Shown one piece after another: positions 10,251 to 19,777 of a DNA stretch of 64,000 nt. Location of the stretch: positions 22,927-86,926 of the IMG/VR virus record IMGVR_UViG_3300027754_005427; one strand, 5' to 3'. Made by a program: the position numbers and the translations under genes. Every line of letters starts with the position of its first letter. The first letter of the stretch is position 1. This DNA is from a virus. Below the pieces are notes generated by a model. It was not told where the DNA came from. It ran no database searches and saw only the letters and a list, made by a program, of their open reading frames with translations.

Positions 10251-10931
10251 TTAATTGTTTTTATCTAAACTGGTTAATTCAGCCAATACATTTGCATTTA
10301 AATTTTCTTCAACGAATTTTATATCATCTTCATCAAAATATTTCATGTATTGTTTTTTTGAATAAAAATTTTCATCTTTGTATTGCATACTATTAACTTG
10401 TCTGATTTCTGCTGCTTTACCTGGGTTTATATTTTCTGATGGAAACACTATGGTAGGAGATTTAAGTTTCATGTTAAATTTTTCAGCTATTTTTTTCAAA
10501 ACATCTTCAGTTTGTAACAGTAAAGAATCATATTTTATAAATATTTTTTTACCTGCTGTGTCGCAAAATAACCATGATTCATTCATTTTATTCCAAAGAA
10601 ATATAGGGTTTAATTCTTCGAATTGAGGAATTTTACTTGATCTATCTTTATATACGAATTTACTTCTAATGAATTTTTTAAAATCAAAACCTTTCGTTGC
10701 AGGAAATATATTAATTTTATTTTTTCTATTTGAATAAGTATAAATCGAATAAAGCCAAGAAAAAGGTTCTTTGAAAACAATGATTGTATTAGCTTCTAAA
10801 TCTTTTTTTATATGACCGTGTTTCCAAGCGTGTTGGTTAACTAATGGAATTACATCAAAATTTCTTAATATTAAAAATTCTAAAAAATTTGTTCCGCTTC
10901 TCATTAATCCGTGTATTTTTACAGAAGTCAT
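10251..10931 (-). CDS. Sulfotransferase-domain protein
   Basis: GLMRSGTNFL (5'-PSB loop), KEPFSWLYS (3'-PB-like), IKYDSL. Confidence 0.75.
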   Translation of the reverse strand: MTSVKIHGLMRSGTNFLEFLILRNFDVIPLVNQHAWKHGHIKKDLEANTIIVFKEPFSWLYSIYTYSNRKNKINIFPATKGFDFKKFIRSKFVYKDRSSKIPQFEELNPIFLWNKMNESWLFCDTAGKKIFIKYDSLLLQTEDVLKKIAEKFNMKLKSPTIVFPSENINPGKAAEIRQVNSMQYKDENFYSKKQYMKYFDEDDIKFVEENLNANVLAELTSLDKNN

Positions 10932-11716
10932 ATGCCATTTCCGCCATTGTTAAAGCCACCACCAAATTGACCACCACTAAATTGACCAAATCCCATATTG
11001 CCACGCATATTTTGACCGCCCATATTACCACCACCGCCACTCTGAAATGCTAAACCACCAACCCCAGACATAATACCCTGCATCGCCATAGAATAAAAGG
11101 GATTATTCATACCAATTGCTTGAACACCGCCACCTTGATTGAATCCACCACCTTGATTGAATCCACCACCTTGATTGAATCCACCACCTATTAAACTGCC
11201 ACTTTGATTGAATCCACCACCTTGATTGAATCCACCACCTTGATTGAATCCACCACCTTGATTGAATCCACCACCTTGATTGAATCCACCACCTTGATTG
11301 AATCCACCACCTTGATTGAATCCACCACCTTGATTGAATCCACCACCTTGATTGAATCCACCACCTTGATTGAATCCACCACCTTGATTGAATCCACCAC
11401 CTTGATTGAATCCACCACCTGTAGAAAGTGGAATTTGATAAAGCTTCGAGATTTGGATGCCTGGAGTATTATTTTGTGTGTATTGTGCAGTGCCTTGAAT
11501 GCCTCCTGTATTTTGTTGAAAACCGCCAAAACCGCCAACGCCACTAGAACTGCTTCCAGTATTAAAATTAATGTTTTGATTTGCTATTTGAGGCTGTACT
11601 GTATTATTTAAAGCAGGAGGAAATGAAGGACTTAGTGGTAAAATACTTCTATATTTTTGAGCTTGAGAAGTAGAAGCTATTATCAAAAACAAAAAAATTA
11701 CAATTGTTTTTTTCAT
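10928..11716 (-). CDS. Secreted Gly/Phe/Asn/Gln-rich low-complexity protein
   Basis: Signal peptide MKKTIVIFLFLIIASTSQA followed by 15 GGGFNQ repeats. Confidence 0.75.
   Translation of the reverse strand: MKKTIVIFLFLIIASTSQAQKYRSILPLSPSFPPALNNTVQPQIANQNINFNTGSSSSGVGGFGGFQQNTGGIQGTAQYTQNNTPGIQISKLYQIPLSTGGGFNQGGGFNQGGGFNQGGGFNQGGGFNQGGGFNQGGGFNQGGGFNQGGGFNQGGGFNQGGGFNQGGGFNQSGSLIGGGFNQGGGFNQGGGFNQGGGVQAIGMNNPFYSMAMQGIMSGVGGLAFQSGGGGNMGGQNMRGNMGFGQFSGGQFGGGFNNGGNGI
11135..11419. repeat. 18-bp perfect tandem repeat TTGATTGAATCCACCACC, 3 + 12 copies
   Basis: Copies at 11135-11188 and 11204-11419; encodes GGGFNQ on the minus strand. Confidence 0.95.
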
Positions 11717-11723
11717 GATTTAT

Positions 11724-12101
11724 TCAACCAATTTCTTCAATCGTACCAGACAATTCAATGATTGGTATTGCCTCCCAGTTAGTTAAATTATTGCTAAAAG
11801 ATGGTTTACCATGATTTTTATAATTAACTGCTATAGTGATATGTTTTATTTTGTTTTCTGAGAGCATATCTGTAATTACTCCAACCGCTATTACTTGCTC
11901 GTCAAAAGCAAGTGTAACTGCTTCTATTTCAACCTTTTGTCCTATCATATTTTTTATATTTTCATTTATAGTTTTAGAAGCTTTGCCTTTATTAATAGTC
12001 ATATGATGACAAACTATTTTCCAATCCTCATTAAAAAAAGGGGAAAATTTATCTTTAAGTTTGTTTTTAGATTTTTCGTCTAAGACTATTGCTGTGTACA
12101 T
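11724..12101 (-). CDS. 2H phosphoesterase-family protein
   Basis: Two HxT motifs (HHMTI, KHITI) at the expected spacing. Confidence 0.7.
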   Translation of the reverse strand: MYTAIVLDEKSKNKLKDKFSPFFNEDWKIVCHHMTINKGKASKTINENIKNMIGQKVEIEAVTLAFDEQVIAVGVITDMLSENKIKHITIAVNYKNHGKPSFSNNLTNWEAIPIIELSGTIEEIG

Positions 12102-12127
12102 GAATTATATATTAAATAAAATCATAA

Positions 12128-12496
12128 TTAATTATCATAATTTTTATTTTTAATAATTTCATAGTTTCCAATTGAAATTACATCATATTTAGAAAATATT
12201 TTAGGAATCTGAACTTTATTTAAAATTTTATCTTTACTCCATATTAAAGCATAAACATCACTAGGTAAATTTTCAATTAAATAATTAAATGTAAATTTAC
12301 CTAAGCCTTTATTTCTATAAGATTCACAAATATGAAAATTAATTAAATTATAATAATAAGCAGAAAATCTTTGAAGCGTATAATTTGTTTTTTCAAATAA
12401 TAAATATCCTATTTTTTCATGATTATGAAATAAATTTATATATTTGTTTTCTTCTAAAGTTATTTCGTAGCCTTCTTGATAAAAATCGATTACCAT
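12128..12496 (-). CDS. GNAT-like acetyltransferase
   Basis: YRNKGLG acetyl-CoA-binding motif. Confidence 0.55.
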   Translation of the reverse strand: MVIDFYQEGYEITLEENKYINLFHNHEKIGYLLFEKTNYTLQRFSAYYYNLINFHICESYRNKGLGKFTFNYLIENLPSDVYALIWSKDKILNKVQIPKIFSKYDVISIGNYEIIKNKNYDN

Positions 12497-12603
12497 ATGT
12501 AAATATATATTACTAAAAATATTTTATTTTTTTACATATAAGTATTTTTACTTATATGTTATATTAAATTAATTAGCATTTTAAATTTTAAAAGGATAAA
12601 GCC

Positions 12604-12954
12604 ATGGCAATTTCAATTACAAACAGAGCTAAGAACGAATTCATTCATATTATTGAAGAGCAAAAATCACAAGATCCAGAGTTTGCAAACAAGAAACAAT
12701 ACTTAAGGATTAGAGTTGTTGGAGGTGGTTGTTCTGGATTTCAATACAAGCTTACAGTTGATGATCAAGTAAATGAAAACTTAGATGATTGTCAAACAAT
12801 TAATGAAGTAGAGGTTGTAATTGACAAAAGAAGCATAATGTATATTTCTGAAGCAAAAATTGATTATTTAGATGATTTGAATGAAAGAGGATTCAAAATT
12901 GAAAATCCTGATACTAAAACAACTTGTGGATGTGGCAAAAGCTTTTCTTTTTAA
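12604..12954 (+). CDS. iscA: HesB/IscA/ErpA A-type Fe-S cluster carrier
   Basis: GGGCSGFQY, F.IENP, TCGCGKSF. Confidence 0.93.
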   Translation: MAISITNRAKNEFIHIIEEQKSQDPEFANKKQYLRIRVVGGGCSGFQYKLTVDDQVNENLDDCQTINEVEVVIDKRSIMYISEAKIDYLDDLNERGFKIENPDTKTTCGCGKSFSF

Positions 12955-12977
12955 ATAATGTTTCAACAGGAGAAAAA

Positions 12978-13427
12978 ATGAGTCCAGATAAAGAAAAAAG
13001 ACTTTATGATAATTATCCCGAGTTATTTTATTCAATGAATGATAAAAATCCAGAATTAACATTAATGTGGGGAATTGAATGTGAAGATGGTTGGTATGAT
13101 ATTATTGATTGTTTATGTTATGAAATTATTAAAAAATCAAGAAAGGAAAGGTCTGTAGAAAGGTCTTTAGAAGAATACGAAGAAGCAATGAAAAAATTTG
13201 AAAGAATTCCTTCTGTAATTCAAATTAAAGAAAAATTTGGATTGTTAACAGTTTGTATTAATAATATTAATAAGGAGCATAAAGCTTTAATTGATTTTGC
13301 CGAGAGATTAAGTTCTAAAACATGTGAATTTTGTGGTACATCTAAAGATGTAAAATTAACATCTGTTGGGTGGATAAAAACACTTTGTCCAGAACATACT
13401 GATTTATTTAATGGTAGAAAGGTATAA
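12978..13427 (+). CDS. Conserved phage protein with C-terminal Zn ribbon; start moved to ATG 12978
   Basis: ECEDGW, QIKEKFGLL, TCEFCG...GWIKTLC; AGGAG RBS before 12978. Confidence 0.7.
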   Translation: MSPDKEKRLYDNYPELFYSMNDKNPELTLMWGIECEDGWYDIIDCLCYEIIKKSRKERSVERSLEEYEEAMKKFERIPSVIQIKEKFGLLTVCINNINKEHKALIDFAERLSSKTCEFCGTSKDVKLTSVGWIKTLCPEHTDLFNGRKV

Positions 13428-13710
13428 TTTAAAAAATATGAATGTTAACAATGTAAAAATAACTGTGGATATTGGAGATGGAACTTTATGGACATATGAA
13501 AATATTTGTAGTTTCGTTACAAAAGAAAGGTTGTTAAATGAAAATGACGACAGTACAAAAATTTATAGTATGAACATAGATTCTTTAAATGTAAAAATAG
13601 AAAAAAAAGAAATGCTAGATACATTACAGGAAATATCAAAAAAATTAGATATTTTAATTAACAAAGAAGATAAAAAGCCAGCGTGTAGAAAATCTAAATC
13701 AAATAACTAG
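13411..13710 (+). CDS. Hypothetical protein
   Basis: Overlaps the preceding gene end. Confidence 0.55.
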   Translation: MVERYNLKNMNVNNVKITVDIGDGTLWTYENICSFVTKERLLNENDDSTKIYSMNIDSLNVKIEKKEMLDTLQEISKKLDILINKEDKKPACRKSKSNN

Positions 13711-13742
13711 CTTGTTTAATTTATAACAATATACTATAATTA

Positions 13743-13805
13743 ATTAGGGCTGGGGATGGTATAATGGTGGTTATACGGGGAAATAGGTGGTATCCCCAGC
13801 CTAAT
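13743..13805. other. GC-rich intergenic structured element (outer stem plus inner hairpin)
   Basis: GGCTGGGGAT...ATCCCCAGCC outer arms; inner GTATAA-TGGTGG-TTATAC hairpin. Confidence 0.5.
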
Positions 13806-13843
13806 ATAATTATAATATTTAAATAAAAAAACATATATAACGC

Positions 13844-14590
13844 ATGAGCAAAATAAATTTATCATATTGTACAACATGTTGTAATAGACTATGGCAATTA
13901 GCTTTAACTCTACAAGATAATTTAGAAAATTTAAATAAAAAAGAAGAACTCATATTAGTAAATTATGGGAGTACTGATAATTTAAACCGCTACATAAAAT
14001 CAAGTTATTGGTGTCAAAAATTAATGGATGATAATAGATTTAAATATATAGATGTTTTAGATGTAAGCAATTATAATTGCTCAAAAGCAAAAAATATAGC
14101 ACATAGATTTGCCAGCGGTAAATTTCTAGTTAATCTTGATGCTGACAATACTAATTATCTAATTAATAAAAGAGTTTTAAATACTGATAATAGAGATGAA
14201 GTTTTGATTCATTTATGGAATAAAATCATGGGTGGAACTTTTGGAAAAATATGTATACCTAAAGATATTTTTTATAAATTAGGAGGATATGATGAGTCTT
14301 TTCTTCCAATTGCATACCAAGATAACGATATAATGAACAGAGCAAAAGCTATGAATATTAAAGTTGTTGAAAATCTAATATCCATAGGTGTAATAACAAA
14401 TACCATAGAAGAAAAAGTAAATCAAACAGGATTAAAAAGTTGGTGGTCATGCTTACAAACTAATAAAACCACATCAGAATTTAATATTTCAAACAATAAA
14501 TTAATAGCAAACAAAGATACTGGGTGGGGATATGCAAAAGTAAAAATAAATTTTGGAAAAACACAAGAATTTAAAGAAATATTTCCATAA
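13844..14590 (+). CDS. GT2/GT7-like glycosyltransferase
   Basis: LVNYGSTD, NLDAD (DxD), GGYDESF...QDND. Confidence 0.8.
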   Translation: MSKINLSYCTTCCNRLWQLALTLQDNLENLNKKEELILVNYGSTDNLNRYIKSSYWCQKLMDDNRFKYIDVLDVSNYNCSKAKNIAHRFASGKFLVNLDADNTNYLINKRVLNTDNRDEVLIHLWNKIMGGTFGKICIPKDIFYKLGGYDESFLPIAYQDNDIMNRAKAMNIKVVENLISIGVITNTIEEKVNQTGLKSWWSCLQTNKTTSEFNISNNKLIANKDTGWGYAKVKINFGKTQEFKEIFP

Positions 14591-14683
14591 GCAAAATAAT
14601 AATTATCATTGACTTATTTAAACAATATATTATATTTACATTGCGTACATTTGCCTTATATATTTAATAAAATAGAAATTATT

Positions 14684-15589
14684 ATGAATTTATCACTTTG
14701 TTGCATTTCTAATGTTTTATCTAATGAAGGCACTAGATTCAGAAGAATTACTTATAAAAGTTTTTCTAGTGTAAGTAAAAATGAAGCAATTAATAAAATA
14801 GGACTTATTGCTTTACATAATCTAGAAGTTTGCTTAAAAACAATTAAACAATGTGTAAACATTGGTATTTCTGGCTATAGAATTAGCAGCGATTTATTTC
14901 CTTTGCTAAATCATCCTGATATATGTATGGAAATTGATGATTTGCCAAATATAAAAGATATAAGTTTTTTATTAAATCAAATCAAATGCTTTGTTAAATC
15001 AAATGGAATAAGAATTTCTGCCCACCCAAGCGAGTATATAAGTCTTACTTCTGAAAACCCAAATACAATTTCTAATTCAATTAATGACCTTGAACTACAT
15101 GCTGATATATTTAATAGACTTGAATTACCTCTGAATTATCTATCGCCACTAAATATACACATTAGAAAAGATGGTAATGAAGAAGAGCTATCTAAAGTAT
15201 TCATGAAAAATTTTCAAAGACTATCTGATGGTGTTAAAAAAAGATTAGTATTAGAAAATAATGATAATGTTAAAGGTGTTTGGAGTACTAAAAAACTAGT
15301 TGAAATATTTTACCAGAGACATAACATTCCTATTACTTTTGATTGTTTACATCATAAATTTCTTGCTGATAATTTATCAGAAAAAGAAGCATTTGATTTA
15401 GCTTACAAAACTTGGGATTGCCAACCACTTTTTCACTATAGTGAATCAAAAGACGGTACTAAAGCACATGCAGATATGGCAAAAGAAATACCAAATTCTT
15501 ATGAAAAAAATGTTATGTTCGATGTAGAATTAAAAGGCAAAGACTTAGCTATATTAGATTTAATTAAAAGAATTAATTTAAAAAAGTAA
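14684..15589 (+). CDS. uvsE: UV-damage endonuclease UvsE; start moved to ATG 14684
   Basis: YRISSDLFP, SAHPSEY, LVLENND, FDCLHH, HYSES...AHAD, ELKGKD. Confidence 0.9.
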   Translation: MNLSLCCISNVLSNEGTRFRRITYKSFSSVSKNEAINKIGLIALHNLEVCLKTIKQCVNIGISGYRISSDLFPLLNHPDICMEIDDLPNIKDISFLLNQIKCFVKSNGIRISAHPSEYISLTSENPNTISNSINDLELHADIFNRLELPLNYLSPLNIHIRKDGNEEELSKVFMKNFQRLSDGVKKRLVLENNDNVKGVWSTKKLVEIFYQRHNIPITFDCLHHKFLADNLSEKEAFDLAYKTWDCQPLFHYSESKDGTKAHADMAKEIPNSYEKNVMFDVELKGKDLAILDLIKRINLKK

Positions 15590-16025
15590 AAATAGAATAT
15601 TCAGAATAATGATCTTTAGATATTAATTTTAAAATTTTTGGTAATTTTGGAAAAAAAACATCTGCTTCATAACACCCATTAATCAAAGTTAAGAACAAGA
15701 AATTTAAATTCTGGTGATTTATTGCTTCTTCATAAATAGAGGCTCCTCCAATAATAAAAGGAGTTTGTTTTTTAAGCCAACAATAATCTAATGCTTTTTG
15801 AAGAGAATTAAACTTTAGATCTTTAGAAATTATTATATTTTCTCTATTTGGAAGAGGTTTTACTGGTAATGATTCCCAAGTTTTTCTTCCCATTATTAAT
15901 GGACTTGTATTAGTTATTTCTTTAAAAAACTTCAAATCACCTTTTATATCCCAAGGTAATTTTCCTTTATAACCGATGCCATGATTTAAGTCCATAGCAG
16001 CAATAATATTAAATTTATTTGTCAT
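15573..16025 (-). CDS. folA: Dihydrofolate reductase; start at ATG 16025 overlapping the thyA stop
   Basis: GIGYKGKLPW, IMGRKTWESL, PLPNRENI, IIGGASIY, ADVFFP. Confidence 0.93.
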   Translation of the reverse strand: MTNKFNIIAAMDLNHGIGYKGKLPWDIKGDLKFFKEITNTSPLIMGRKTWESLPVKPLPNRENIIISKDLKFNSLQKALDYCWLKKQTPFIIGGASIYEEAINHQNLNFLFLTLINGCYEADVFFPKLPKILKLISKDHYSEYSIFTFLN

Positions 16026-16873
16026 ACTGCAACTTGACCTTTTATGAAATCGTGTGAGTTGTAATTTTTCAATACAGAGTCTACACAAGACCAATCAAAA
16101 ATATTATTAAATTTAGTAGTTTCAATAGAAGGAAAAGACAAAGGAGTTCTTTTTAATTGAGTCTTTACTGCATCTATGTGATTTACATACAAATGAACAT
16201 TATCTAAATAACCAGTTACCAATCCAGCTTCAAAATTGCTTTCTTTTGCTAATAAATGTAACAATAAAGCATATGAAGCGATATTAAATGGTAAGCCAAG
16301 AAATGTATCAACACTACGCATGTGAAATGCTAAATGAATTTTATTATCTATCTTGGTTACAGTCCAAACAAAATGACATGGTGGTAATGCCATAGAATCA
16401 AGTTGCGAAGGATTCCAAGCAGAACAAACCATTCTTCTATCATCTGGATTGCTTTTTAAGGTATCGACTATTTTTTTAAATTGATCATAGCCTTCTCCAT
16501 TAAAATTACGCCATTGAACACCATAAATTGGGCCAAGTTCATTTTCTTTTAACTGATATTCTTTCTTATGTTCTTCGCTTAATCCTTGTGGAATAAGTTT
16601 TGGTGAACACCATTCATTCCAAATATTGCATTTGCGATCTTTTAGCCATTGTTTATCATGCAAGCCTTTTATGAAGAATTCCAACTCAACTTTTATTGAA
16701 TTAAAGTTCATTTTTTTAGTTGTTAAAAGAGGAAATCCTTGATTCATATCATGCTGAAATAAAACATGAGGTATAGCAATGGTATCTATGCCAGTTCTAT
16801 TTTTGCAAATAATTCCATCTTTTAATATATTTCTTAATATTCCTAAATATAATTCTTCTGATGAATTTTTCAT
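16022..16873 (-). CDS. thyA: Thymidylate synthase
   Basis: LGPIYGVQWR, MALPPCH, RSVDTFLGLPFNIASY. Confidence 0.96.
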   Translation of the reverse strand: MKNSSEELYLGILRNILKDGIICKNRTGIDTIAIPHVLFQHDMNQGFPLLTTKKMNFNSIKVELEFFIKGLHDKQWLKDRKCNIWNEWCSPKLIPQGLSEEHKKEYQLKENELGPIYGVQWRNFNGEGYDQFKKIVDTLKSNPDDRRMVCSAWNPSQLDSMALPPCHFVWTVTKIDNKIHLAFHMRSVDTFLGLPFNIASYALLLHLLAKESNFEAGLVTGYLDNVHLYVNHIDAVKTQLKRTPLSFPSIETTKFNNIFDWSCVDSVLKNYNSHDFIKGQVAV

Positions 16874-17044
16874 TTTGTCCTCAATCTATAACATTCAACA
16901 TTTATTATTTTACTAAATAGTTAAAATTACGGCAATGAAATTTAAAACAATAAAACTAAATAATTAGCACATGAAAAATTTAATATTAAAAAAATAATTT
17001 AATGAAGAAAAATACAGGTTTAAAAAGGAAATTATAAAAATATT

Positions 17045-17797
17045 ATGGTAGAAAAAATTAAAACATGCATTTGTGAAAATTTTCCATTAAGTTTAAACAA
17101 TCAACTTTATGAATTTATAAAAGAAGAAAAAAGAATTAACAATGCATCAATTGCAGCAAGAACAGTCAATCTCTGGAAAGCTGGAAGAAAAATAAAGGTT
17201 TACTTTTCAATATTTAATGAAAATCCAAAAATTATTGATGAAATTCTTTTCGTAGCAAATGAATGGAGCAAGCACTGTTCAATTCATTTTGTTTTTGAAA
17301 AACAAAAAGAAGCTTCTGATATTTATGTTTCGCTTAAAATTGGGAATGGATTTTATTCTGCTATTGGTTTGCAATCAAAAGTATATATTTCAAAAGATAA
17401 ACCATCAATGAATCTTGATCCATCTTGGGGATTAAAGTTTGGATTTAGTAAAAGAAAAGAATTAAGATTTAAGTATTGCAAGTCCTTAGTATTGCATGAA
17501 TTTGGACACTCATTAGGATTAATACATGAACATCAAAGAAGCAACAGGCCTTTTACTTGGGACAAAAGATATATTAAAGAAAATTATTTAAAACTTGGTA
17601 TGCCAACATTTAAAAGTGCTAAAGGAAATATTTTAAAAGTTTGTAATGTAAATGATATTGTAAAATCTAGATTTGATTATAAGTCAATTATGATTTATCC
17701 TTTTGATAAAAAAATGGTTAAAGAAAGGTTTGGAATTAAAATACCTTTAGGATTATCAAAAAATGATAAAATAAAAATATCAAAAATTTATCCATAA
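17045..17797 (+). CDS. Astacin-like (M12A) zinc metalloprotease
   Basis: HEFGHSLGLIHEHQR metzincin motif and SIMIY Met-turn. Confidence 0.85.
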   Translation: MVEKIKTCICENFPLSLNNQLYEFIKEEKRINNASIAARTVNLWKAGRKIKVYFSIFNENPKIIDEILFVANEWSKHCSIHFVFEKQKEASDIYVSLKIGNGFYSAIGLQSKVYISKDKPSMNLDPSWGLKFGFSKRKELRFKYCKSLVLHEFGHSLGLIHEHQRSNRPFTWDKRYIKENYLKLGMPTFKSAKGNILKVCNVNDIVKSRFDYKSIMIYPFDKKMVKERFGIKIPLGLSKNDKIKISKIYP

Positions 17798-17813
17798 TTA
17801 ATATAATAATTAA

Positions 17814-18470
17814 ATGAATAATAAAAAATCAAAAATTAACATTAAAAAAAATAATTTAATTAAACAAAATGAACATCTAAAGGAAATGATAAAGAAGTTA
17901 AATTTAGAATTAAAAATTGTTAAAGAAAAAAATAATTTACAATTAAACGATGTTAAAGAAGCAGAAAAAACCCAAAATAATAAAGGAATTATAATACATG
18001 GAATTAATAAATTACATGACAATTGCTTTAATCTTCCTTGTATTTTTATAAGATTTCATGAAAGAAATATAAAACTAAAAATAAACCGTAAAAGATCTTT
18101 TGGAACAACTTATACATATTCTGGATTTTTTGATAATTACAATATAGGTTTGAATAGTAAAAAAATAATCAATAAAAAATATAAGAAATTTAATTTAAAT
18201 ATTTTCTTTTATTTTAATAAGAAAGACAATCATTTGTATGTAAGTTCAGAAGGAAGTATAAGAAAAGAAAAAAATATTATTGAATATATATTTTTCACAG
18301 AAAATAATAAAAAGCATTTTAAAAAATATAAATATGTAGAAGAAGAAACATTTAATTGGCCAATAATTCATAATTTAAAAATTAAAGATATTAATTCAAA
18401 TGAAGAAGAAGAAGTTAAAATTAAAATAATGAAATCTAATCAAATACATAAAAAAAACCCTAAAAGTTAA
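17814..18470 (+). CDS. Hypothetical basic protein
   Basis: 218 aa Lys/Asn-rich ORF. Confidence 0.5.
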   Translation: MNNKKSKINIKKNNLIKQNEHLKEMIKKLNLELKIVKEKNNLQLNDVKEAEKTQNNKGIIIHGINKLHDNCFNLPCIFIRFHERNIKLKINRKRSFGTTYTYSGFFDNYNIGLNSKKIINKKYKKFNLNIFFYFNKKDNHLYVSSEGSIRKEKNIIEYIFFTENNKKHFKKYKYVEEETFNWPIIHNLKIKDINSNEEEEVKIKIMKSNQIHKKNPKS

Positions 18471-18483
18471 TAAATATATAACA

Positions 18484-18780
18484 ATGAATAAAGATATAGC
18501 TAATTTACTTTTTAAGACAGTACCAAAAATTACTTTCAAGGTAAACACAATTGATTACTCTGAGATATTTGAAAATCTTTTACCTGATAATAATTTTGAA
18601 AATATAGAAAAACAACTTAAAGATAAGACAGTTTACATACCTTATGTTGATTACCCTTTAAAACATGGTGATGAATTCGTACTTACAGGAATTCAAGCAA
18701 CTAAAGTAAAAAACATGTATATTAATAAAAAGCCCAAAATACTTGAAATATTAAAAATTGAAAGCATTTTTGCTAATTAA
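18484..18780 (+). CDS. Stand-alone copy of the N-terminal domain of the RCC1 protein at 26228..27607
   Basis: PKITFKVNTIDYSE...LLPDNNF...TVYIPYVDYPLKHGDEF aligns with PKITFKVKTINYEE...LVPDQNF...TVYIEGVDYSLKDGDEF. Confidence 0.75.
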   Translation: MNKDIANLLFKTVPKITFKVNTIDYSEIFENLLPDNNFENIEKQLKDKTVYIPYVDYPLKHGDEFVLTGIQATKVKNMYINKKPKILEILKIESIFAN

Positions 18781-18796
18781 AAACAGGAGTAAATAA

Positions 18797-19768
18797 ATGA
18801 ATTTTTTACTAGCACCAGGAATAGGAGATGTAACTTGGGCATTTTTTAAAATTCAATCTGTAGCAAAAAAATACAACAGTGATATAAATGTAAAAATTGC
18901 TTGTGAAGAGATTAATCTTATTGCAAAAAGATCATTAGATTTCATTAAAAGATTTGATTTTATCAATAGTGTTGAATTGCAAGTCTTTCCAACAAATAAT
19001 TCTAAGCATAGTGTAATTTTAAAACCAAATGAAAAAACAAACAAGAATGGAATATACAGATACATCAATAACGGAGAAACTAATAAATATAAAGATATTG
19101 ATTTTGTTTTAATTGCAAACGGCTCTTTAGAGAGAGGAATTGCATTAGATAATTGGTTTCCTGAATATAAAATAAATTGGAATATTATGGAAGACCATTA
19201 TAGTTTTACAAAAGAAGAATTAAATACAGCTAACGAATTAAAAAATGAAATAGGTGAATATGTAGTTTTTTATCTTGGCCCTTTGACAGGTAATTCAAAA
19301 TGTGGAGCCAATAAAGATGCTCTTTGGAAACCAGAAGATTGGGAAAGACTAGGTGAATATATTTACAAAAAACATGGCTACAAAATAGTATTAGTTGGTG
19401 CAAGCTATGATTTGACTTATTACAACAAATATTTAAAAAAACATATTAAAAATAAAAAGCATTGGGTTATAAAAATTGGTTCATATGAAATAAATCAAAC
19501 TTTTGCAATTTGCAAGAAAAGTAAGTTTGTAATTTCATATCCTTCAGGAATAGGAATTGTTTCGCATTATTTAAATGTTCCCACTTGTATATTCAATAGG
19601 CCAAAGGGTAATTCTTGGCACAATAGCTATTATGTATCATTTAAAGAAAGCATGGCAGATGCTTGGGCATATCCAAACAGCAGTAAAAATAAAAGATTTT
19701 TATCTGCCATCTATACAAAAGACACAGCAGAAAGTATTTTTAATTTTGTTGATAATAATTGGTGTTAG
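18797..19768 (+). CDS. GT9-like (heptosyltransferase-fold) glycosyltransferase
   Basis: N-terminal GIGD, W...W helix, IVLVG, VISYPSG...VPT. Confidence 0.65.
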   Translation: MNFLLAPGIGDVTWAFFKIQSVAKKYNSDINVKIACEEINLIAKRSLDFIKRFDFINSVELQVFPTNNSKHSVILKPNEKTNKNGIYRYINNGETNKYKDIDFVLIANGSLERGIALDNWFPEYKINWNIMEDHYSFTKEELNTANELKNEIGEYVVFYLGPLTGNSKCGANKDALWKPEDWERLGEYIYKKHGYKIVLVGASYDLTYYNKYLKKHIKNKKHWVIKIGSYEINQTFAICKKSKFVISYPSGIGIVSHYLNVPTCIFNRPKGNSWHNSYYVSFKESMADAWAYPNSSKNKRFLSAIYTKDTAESIFNFVDNNWC

Positions 19769-19777
19769 GTAAAAAAA

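Noticed and set aside
11135-11419. Tandem repeats as a possible CRISPR array
   Set aside because: No spacers; contiguous 18-bp coding repeat.
11191-11611. VVDSIK and IESTTL repeat ORFs
   Set aside because: Alternative frames of the GGGFNQ repeat.
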